Source: Octopus sinensis (taxonomy: Eukaryota). From it: 64,000 bases of DNA. The notes under the pieces are model-generated. The model was not told the DNA's origin. It searched no databases and worked only from the letters and a program-made list of their open reading frames with translations. Shown here piece by piece: positions 54,904-64,000 of this stretch. Within the stretch, counting starts at the first letter, position 1; the number at the start of each line of letters is the position of its first letter. Both the position numbers and the translations under genes were made by a program. Where the stretch lies: contig NC_042999.1 of the NCBI RefSeq assembly GCF_006345805.1, positions 111,600,001-111,664,000 of the forward strand, read 5' to 3'.

Positions 54904-55138
54904 TTATATATATATAATATATAGATATATTATATATATATTATATATATTATATATAACATACATATATACGCTCGCTTCTTCAGTTTCCGTCTACCAA
55001 ATCCACTCACAAGTCTTTGGTCAGCCCAGTAGAAGGTTATAGTAGAAGACACTTACCCAAGGTGCCACGCAGTGGGACTTAAGCAGGAAAGTGTTGTTGA
55101 GAAGCCTTCTTCTTACCACACATCCACGTCTGTGCGTA
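54611..55138 (-). mobile_element. SINE family A, older copy with expanded internal (TA)n
   Basis: Tail 54611-54815, microsatellite ~54816-54970, head 54971-55138. Confidence 0.85.
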
Positions 55139-55299
55139 GGTTTAGGTTTTCTACTTATCTTAACAATGAATCTATTGCCGGACCGCTATGATATGGAACA
55201 TAATCAACAAAACTGATTTGAAAAAGGGTAAACGTAAACAAGACACAAACTAACAAAGATACAAAAACCGTCCTTGCAGCAGCTAACGATAACACCTAC

Positions 55300-55490
55300 A
55301 GCCATAATAGATCGTTAGCCACTACACACATTTTTTCCCTCCTTGTTTTTTCTGTGTCCTTTTTTGTACAAGAGCGTAGGCTCGAAGCGTAAAAGACTTT
55401 TTCTATTCCTGAATGTTATACTAATACATCTGTTTGTTTTGTACACCACTTTTCTTCGTCTTTTGTTTTTTTCGCAAACTCTTCCTATAT
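55300..55490 (+). mobile_element. PLE terminal-repeat fragment, same family as 30930-31133
   Basis: AAGAGCGTAGGCTCGAA(G)CGTAAAAGAC..ATACTAATACA..TTCGTCTTTTGTTT is shared with 31000-31110. Confidence 0.75.
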
Positions 55491-55593
55491 ATATATATAT
55501 ATATTGCTTTCTCTCTCTCTATCTCTTTCACTGTGTACACACACATACTCTCTCTCTCTCTCACACATACACGTATGTATGTATGTATGTATA

Positions 55594-55631
<38 letters not shown>

Positions 55632-55717
55632 CTAATACATATATATATATATATATATGTGCATGTATTAGTATATATATATGTGTGTGTATATATATAT
55701 AAATATATATATATATA

Positions 55718-56112
55718 GGCGCAGGAGTGGCTGTGTGGTAAGTAGCTTGCTTACCAACCACATGGTTCCGCTATCAGTCCCACTGCGTGGCACCTTGGGC
55801 AAGTGTCTTCTGCTATTGCCTCGGGCCAACCAAAGCCTTGTGAGTGGATATGGTAGACGGAAACTGAAAGAAGCCCGTCGTATATATGTATATATATATA
55901 TATGTGTGTGTGCGTGTATGTTTGTGTGTCTGTGTTTGTTCCCCTATCATGGTGTGTTTATGTCCCCGTTACTTAGCGGTTCGGCAAAAGAAACCGATAG
56001 AATAAGTACTGGGCTTACAAAGAATAAGTCCCGGGGTTGAGTTGCTCGACTAAAGGCGGTGCTCCAGCATGGCCGCAGTCAACTGACTGAAACAAGTAAA
56101 AGTGTAAAAAGT
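55718..56112 (+). mobile_element. SINE family A, full length
   Basis: GGCGCAGGAGTGGCTGTGTGG at 55718 and GACTGAAACAAGTAAAAG tail. Confidence 0.9.
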
Positions 56113-56399
56113 GTAATATATATACATACATACATACATACATACATACATACATACATACATACATACGTGTATGTGTGTGAGAGAGAGAGAGTGTGTG
56201 TGTACACAGTGAAAGAGATAGATAGATAGAGAGAACAATAGAGAGACTTAAAATTGTACTTGTTTGTCAACTGACTGGATATAATGTACGGGCTTCGTCC
56301 TCAAAGCGACCATTTCTACATATGCGTACATATACTCACGCGCATTTGCGTCTTGTCCCATTTTTATATTTTTTATATATAAAAAATATAGCGGCGCAC

Positions 56400-57135
56400 G
56401 TACACTTTGGTTTCTTATATGCAAGTATATATATCTAAATTTTGTACGACTCTATTATTCTTTCCATTCTTTCCTTCTTTCTGTCAACCCTTTCACGCTT
56501 ACTTCGTTCAATCCACTCTTCGTTCTTTCCTGGCCTTCTCTTCATGCTCACTTTCCCTCCTCTTTCACTTGACTGTGTCCCTTTCATTTTTTTCTCGCCC
56601 CTACTTAATTCATCTATCCTTCTGTCTCTATCTCTCTCTCTCTTCTCTCCCCACGTGACCGGTGTTCAGCCAAGCCTGACCTTTCTTTATTCGACTGCCA
56701 TCCGTGCAACATCTATATTCCTCCATGTGCCTGCCAAATCTTATGTCCCTGCTGTAAGGCTTTACTTCCACACACTCCAGCTTATTTTAATTCGTCCTTA
56801 GTCGAAAACACATGTTGTTATGTCCTGTTATTTTCATTTGTATTTGTGTAACATTTCTCCGTTCCTTTTCCGTTCTTGTTTTCATATTCATTCGCTGCTT
56901 TCTTCAAAGGAATCTAATGCCCTTAGCTTAGTTTTTCCTTGGGGTTGGTCAGATGGGAACAATCTCGAATATAACCAGCCGAAATTGTAAAGATAATCTG
57001 GAACTTGACTGAGGATAGAAAACTCCGAGTGACCCGTCCTTGCTTCCTTTGTATTGTCTGTGTGGATGTTTTGTTGTCCCTTTTTTTATCACCTGTCTCG
57101 ATGTTTTGCGTTCTTGTCCCATTTTTGCATTATGT
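56400..57135 (+). mobile_element. Pyrimidine-rich interspersed repeat, probable PLE terminal repeat
   Basis: CT-rich body, hammerhead-like fold at 56943-56980, and terminal TTGTCCCATTTTT also present at ~56363. Confidence 0.4.
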
Positions 57136-57227
57136 ATATATATATATATATAACAGATAAATAGATAGATATACACATATAGGTATGCAAACACACACAC
57201 ACATACATACATATATATATATATATA

Positions 57228-58133
57228 CTAGCAGTATCGCCCGGCGTTGCTCGGGTTTGTAAGGGAAATAACTATATAAGCATTTTTAGTAAGTTAGAGC
57301 AAAAAAATAGCAAAAAATGCATTAAAAATGGAATAAAAAATGATGGTAATTTTTTTTTAAATCGTTGACTCATCGTAGACATTTTTAGAGAGTTACTTCC
57401 CTTATATAATAGCGAAAAATGCATTAAAATGGAATAAAAAATTACGGTAAATTTTTTTTAAATCGTAGACTCATCGTAGACGCGCGCTAATACCCAGAAG
57501 GGCTCGATATGAATCACGACTATAAGATACCCGGTTTTGGTTACACTGCACCGCAAAATGTGGGAGTACTTAGGAATCTAAATCGTAGGAAACAAACACA
57601 CAACTTCACTTTTATATATAAAGATTTGTGCAACAACCAAAACATTCGGTTGTGCAAATTGTTTGCACAGGAGACCTGCCATGTGTGGCGGTAATTGCTG
57701 TTTTTGTGGATCTGTTTCAGCTTTTTTAGCGATTTCTGTTTTGGCGACTTCAAGCCATGAAGTCGTTGTTCTAAAAGAACGCTGGTCTCCTTGACAACGC
57801 ATTACGACGTTGATTTCTTTATACTCCCTTCCCCACAGTTTCACGAGGGAGGGAAGAAGGGGGAGAAGCAACACAGGTGCAGATGTGAGCATGGACGCCA
57901 ACTCCGCCGCCATCGACACACGAAAAAATATGCATTAAAATGGAATAAAAAATGATTATTTTTCAAATCGTAGACTCATCGTAGACGCGCGCTAATACCC
58001 AGACGGGCTCGATATGAATCACGACTATAAGATACCCGAATTTGGTTAAACTGCACCGCAAAATGTGGGAGTAGTTAGGAATCTAAATCGAAGGGGACAG
58101 ACACTCACACAACTACAGTTTTATATATATAGA
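57228..58133 (-). mobile_element. Composite non-autonomous Helitron (two 5' TC ends, one 3' hairpin+CTAG end)
   Basis: Minus strand A|TCTATATATATAAAAC at 58133 and A|TCTTTATATATAAAAG at 57624. The 3' end is CCCGAGCAACGCCGGG hairpin + CGATACTG + CTAG|T at 57228. Inserted at an A/T dinucleotide with no TSD. Confidence 0.9.
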
Positions 58134-58456
58134 TATGCATATATACATAATACATACATATATATAGATACATACATATATATAAACAATGATTTGCGTA
58201 AGTTCATTTAATCAGATTCACACATCTACACCTGTATACACATACACTTAGTACAACAGCATCAACAAAATCATAAATTCTCAACATGTGTGTGTTTGGA
58301 TGTATGTATTTAGTTATGTGTGTCAGGGTGACAGGTGTCTGATGTAGTAATAAATTGTCAGTGTCAGTCACATTGCTAACACCCCTGGAAAGACATGAAC
58401 TCGACAATTTCCTTTTTCTCTCCCAATGGATTAGTTGGTATGCTTAATTGTATATA

Positions 58457-58503
<47 letters not shown>

Positions 58504-58591
58504 ATGTATATATATATTTATATATATATATATATATATGCATATATATATATACATACATATGTATGCATATATAATATATATAGAGAAG

Positions 58592-58640
<49 letters not shown>

Positions 58641-58755
58641 GTACATGTATATACATGTATGTATATATACATATATATATATGTATATATAATATATAAT
58701 ACATATATATGTATATGATATATATATATATATATACAGATATTATATATATATA

Positions 58756-58790
<35 letters not shown>

Positions 58791-58830
58791 AGATGTAGAT
58801 AGATAGATAGATAGATAGATATATAGATAT

Positions 58831-58874
<44 letters not shown>

Positions 58875-59006
58875 GTAGATAGATAGGTAGATAGATAGAT
58901 AGATACATACATACATACATAGATGAACAGACAGTTAGATATTTAATATATAAATATATGTATACATACATCTATACACTTGTGTGCATGTGTGTGTGTG
59001 TGTGTA

Positions 59007-59070
59007 TTAAGAAGCTTGCTTCCTAATCACATGTTTCCTCCGAATTCAGTCGCAAAGCCGTGTTTGTATG

Positions 59071-59106
<36 letters not shown>

Positions 59107-59332
59107 TATATATATTCATCTGTGTATTTGTGCATGTACCTCCATCACCAACTGACGACCGTTGTTGGTGTGTTTACGTCCCCGTAACTTAGCAGTTCGT
59201 CAAAAGGGATCCGATAAAATATGTTCTAGGCTTAAAAATAATCACTGGGGTCGATTTGTTCGACTAAAACCATTCACGTCGGCGCTCCAGAATGGCCGGA
59301 ATCAATGACTGAATCAAGTAAAAGTGTAAAAG
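59007..59332 (+). mobile_element. SINE family A, degenerate and internally deleted
   Basis: GGTGTGTTTACGTCCCCGTAACTTAGC..GGGGTCGATTTG..GCTCCAGAATGGCC..GACTGAATCAAGTAAAAG. Confidence 0.75.
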
Positions 59333-59334
59333 AG

Positions 59335-59990
59335 TCGAACGCCATGCAGCCATTTCCAAGTAAGTTTTATCTTAACAATTCCGATGCGCACTCTACATCC
59401 TGTCTCTATTCTTTCTATCTCGCTCTCTCTTTTGCTCCTCTTCCTTTCTGTTTTTCTCTCCCAACCTTTCCCTATTCTTCTCCTCTCACTTCACTGTTCC
59501 CCCTCTCTCTCATTTTTTCTCTTTGACTCTCTCATTGCTCACACGCGACCAACGGTTATCTATCTTTCTTTCTCACACTTCCTTCCTAAAGACAAGACGT
59601 GCTTTTGCCTGTCTCATCTCAAAGCTCATTTTTCCAGCATTCGCCACTTCACCTCGTTATAGCTTAACAGCACTCACCATTTGTTTTTACTGTTTTGTTC
59701 TTACTGTACTGTTTTTGGAACCACTTTTACCCTCCGCAAAAAATCAAAATTTTATCTTTAATTTGCTTTGTGGGAAGGATTGTTTCAACGAAGTTGCATC
59801 TTGTCCTTGTCTTCGAACGCGTAGTAGATGAAACAGGGGACGACTGATTAAGGGAATGTTCTTTATGTTGCCTGTCTCGTTTCTCTATTTGTTTCTTTCG
59901 TTGTTCGAAATAAATTCGTTTTCTATGTATTTGTTTTTTATGTTCACGTTTCTCATTTTGTTCCCATTGTTTTAATGTCTTATACCCGTA
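59335..59990 (+). mobile_element. Pyrimidine-rich repeat, possible PLE terminal repeat
   Basis: Same architecture as 56400-57135 (CT tract, T-rich tail TTTTGTTCCCATT). No coding evidence. Confidence 0.3.
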
Positions 59991-60106
59991 TATGCATCTA
60001 TATATACATATATATGTAGGTATGTACATACATGTATGTATATATGCAATATTTATATATATATAAATAATATATATATATGTATATATATAATATATAT
60101 ATATAT

Positions 60107-60138
<32 letters not shown>

Positions 60139-60299
60139 ATATATATATATGCACATAGTGTATACATATATGTATTATACATATTCATACTAAATGTACA
60201 TATACATATACATACATATATATATAAATATATATATTTACTTAAAAATATGCGTAGTAATTTGTAAACAAGCCCCAAAGTCGCTATGACATGAAGAGA

Positions 60300-60900
60300 G
60301 ACAGAAATGTATATGACTGCGTAGGAAGTGATATTTAAATCCTGCAAGAAACTGTTGATAGTTCAGAAAATCATAACGCTTGATAATTTGCTGTTGCAGA
60401 CAATTAATGTTCTCTAATACGTTTGTTTCTAGTGTTTCTAATGAAGGTCATTGCATTCGCTATTTCGACATCTGACAAGTCCCTTAGAGACACAGGAAAC
60501 CATATCTAAGTCCGCCCTAATGCATTGTCGTATGCGTTCTCGGCCTAATGCATAGTGGTTATTGTTGTTTAATCCTAGGCTATTCGTGATTGTGAAGTTT
60601 TGGGATGAAAGGTTTCTCAGACGTGACAAACTGATTTCTTTAACGGTATCTAAGATTACATAACTTTTATATGTCCATTCGTTTCCTTTTAAATGATGAC
60701 ATGGGATGTCATGTTAAGCGAGCATGGATACACAGGCTGCTATAATACTTGTGTGCAATGGTTGGAGTCTGTTGGCAGAGTAAAACTTTTTCCCTTGTAC
60801 ACATATGAAAGGTTTAATACACTTGTCGTTATTTCGAACCAGAAAGTTTTTCACTATTCAGTGAGTATGGAGTTGTATGTTAGGACTTCAATTTTGCTAA
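60300..60900 (-). mobile_element. Possible old PLE GIY-YIG relic
   Basis: RCRNSECNDLH followed after a frameshift by NTRNKRIREH (cf. CxxCNDLYIGET..RIREH). Confidence 0.35.
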
Positions 60901-61899
60901 TCAGATGTAATGGTTACACAGGCGTACTCTTAAAATAAGAAACGCTTTCAGAAGAGGGTTACTTTTTAAAATCTTTCTCATCACGTTTATTACAGTTAGC
61001 TTCTTTAAAATATCAAATATCATAGTATCTATAGATATATTATATATATATATATATATATAATTATCAATATAAAGGTGAAATTAATTAATTTAGAAAT
61101 AATCATTAATTTCACCAAGTAGAGTTCGACATGTAAAAGCCCCATTCAAGGAAGGTTTAGTAATACTAAGTAATTAGGGTTTAGCAACGATTTGCCTCAA
61201 CACACACCGAATTTAGAAATAGCAGTCAAAAAGTTTTGCTATTCTTTCTACTTAAAGGGAGATCCCAATAAAACTAAAGCACTTAAAAAGCAAACGATGC
61301 AGGCAAAAGAGAAAGAAATGACGAAAACCATTCTATATTAAGTCACCTACGGACGTACGTTTCGAAATTAAGTCATTGCAGAGCATATATATGTGTGTGT
61401 GTGTGTGTGTGTGCGTGTGTGTGGTGTGTGCGTGTGCGTGTGTGTGTGCGTGTGTGTATGTGTGTGTATATGTATATATATATATATATATGTATGTATA
61501 TATACATATATATATGCGTATATGGATACGAAAATAAATGAATTAATTACGCAAACAACGAGAGAAAAATGGAAGACAGGACAAGTAATACAAAGGAAGA
61601 CCTTTCATCAGTTGTTGACTGTCTATCTACTCCTCATTTCGAACATTGAACGACATAATGAGACTTCGAAGACAGGTTGACCTATATATATAAGCATTGA
61701 AAGAAATGTGTTTGAATTATTATTAAACGTACGGTGAGGCTTTCTGATATTTAAATTTAATTCAGTTCTTCACATTTCTACATGTACATACACACATACA
61801 CACGTACATAACTGCATACATGTATGTATATGAACATATATATATGTGTGTGTGCATGTATATCTGTATACATATATATATGTGTGTGTGTGTGTGTAT

Positions 61900-61931
<32 letters not shown>

Positions 61932-62024
61932 AGTGTGCGCGTGTAAGTGTGGTAAGATAATGTATATATGTTCATTCGTCCATACATTCATACATATTAA
62001 TACATATCCATAGTGAAAGATAAA

Positions 62025-62285
<261 letters not shown>

Positions 62286-62482
62286 ATGTTGAAAGAGAAA
62301 TTATAGAGTGGTATAAATTCAATTTTTATTACTTCTAATTCTTACATATCTTTACAATGAAGCAGCATTTCTTTTTTATGACGTACACCCACCAACGCCT
62401 CACAATCATTACGACAAAAGCAAGAACAACAACAGCATAACACTGCTCTTGGTATCTCCACCACCAACAACACCATCAAAAT

Positions 62483-62483
<1 letters not shown>

Positions 62484-62562
<79 letters not shown>

Positions 62563-62587
62563 TTACTATTACTACTACTACTACTAC

Positions 62588-62634
<47 letters not shown>

Positions 62635-62652
62635 GTAATAATAATAATAATA
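62484..62652. repeat. (CTA)n/(TAA)n microsatellite
   Basis: Direct inspection. Confidence 0.95.
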
Positions 62653-62912
62653 CGATAATGCCTCAAATGAGTGGCTGCTTCAATCAAGCAAGACCAGTAA
62701 ATTTCTCGACCTCGAGTATGGTTGGTTTGAGGATATAAAACAACGTACAAATATCCCAAAATTAGGCAACGCTGCTTTACACATGCAATGCACAAATGAT
62801 TTATACAGTTATAACTAATGTATCACATTTCACTGAGATAGTCTCGGCGTATACACAAATGGATAAAGACATAAAATTATAAATACATACATACGTCTGT
62901 ATATCTGTGAGA

Positions 62913-62949
<37 letters not shown>

Positions 62950-63505
62950 TATATCTATTGGCATATATACTCACACACACGTATATATACATATAAACAT
63001 ATATGTGTATATTTGTATGACTGAATGCACGTATGTGTCACTGGTCATGGATGTGTGTGTGTGTGTGTTTGTGCATATATATGTCTATATGTATATATAC
63101 ATGTGTATGTATATATATATAGAAAAGAGACAGACAGAGAGAGATTCATACATACATACATACACATACATACATACATACATACATACATACATACATA
63201 CATACATACATACATACATACATACATAGACATACATAGACATACACAATTACACGTATTAATATATCTGTAACAAATACACTTTTGAAAAGGTACATAC
63301 GTACACAACATTATTGCAACGCATATACAGAAGAACAGATATGAACGTAATAAAGTATAAGTAGACAGTATGATATAGATATACATTTGAATATGTGGGT
63401 TCCTGCCGGTGTGTTGCCTACGTATATATACATACATTTATACATTAACTTTGCAATAAATATATCAAAGAAATGTGTAAAATCGTATGTATATATATAA
63501 TATAT

Positions 63506-63551
<46 letters not shown>

Positions 63552-64000
63552 ATATATATATAATATATATATATATATATAGTTATGGTATATTCTGTTA
63601 AGAACGTCGTAGAGTACAGTATAAAGCTCGACATCTTCGGATTTCATTCTGTACTACCCAGTAGCAGTATTCTACATACTTCATATATATACTGAGAGAG
63701 AGGAAAGGAGGGAAGGTGAGAGACATCCCCCTTCGTTATGGCAGACTCAGGTTACGGAATTTCGAACATCCGAGAATTCTAAAATATGCGCGCCCACTTC
63801 GCAATATCATCTGTAATTTCTCTTTCCCCGCAAAGACCATACTTCCTAAACAGCAATTTATATATATATACAGCTTTAAGTAACGATTCTGTGAATATTT
63901 TGAAACTTTGATAAAAATTACATTACCCTACCTTTGGTATTCGAGTATTATCTTTTCCACTTTGCTTTGCACTTATGTGCTTACCTGTGTATATGTAAGA

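Noticed and set aside
57578-57919. 113-aa ORF as a captured host gene
   Set aside because: No recognisable domain, and it runs across the junction into the inner Helitron 5' end. More likely Helitron-internal sequence.

Overview
AT-rich, microsatellite-saturated eukaryotic non-coding DNA. From recall of the repeat families (not searched), it looks like an octopus/coleoid cephalopod intron or intergenic region. I recognised no host protein-coding gene, rRNA, true tRNA or CRISPR array, and most entries in the ORF track are translations of (TA)n, (CA)n, (AAT)n, (GAT)n, (GATA)n or (TACA)n tracts. The interpretable content is transposon-derived: (1) at least five Penelope-like element (PLE) coding relics from apparently three lineages, plus several PLE terminal-repeat fragments with hammerhead-ribozyme-like motifs; (2) a Tc1 relic; (3) a mariner built from two 5' halves fused in inverted orientation; (4) CR1-like and RTE LINE fragments, including a lone, highly structured RTE-type 5' UTR with a compact pseudoknot; (5) a composite non-autonomous Helitron with two 5' ends; (6) many tRNA-derived SINE copies of at least three families. 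The most promising leads are the foldback mariner (19404-20272), the RTE 5' UTR pseudoknot (49485-49529), a pre-miRNA-like hairpin (18772-18840), the variant hammerhead motifs, and repeated head-to-head SINE pairs that could form long dsRNA. All family assignments come from manual translation and motif recall, not database searches.
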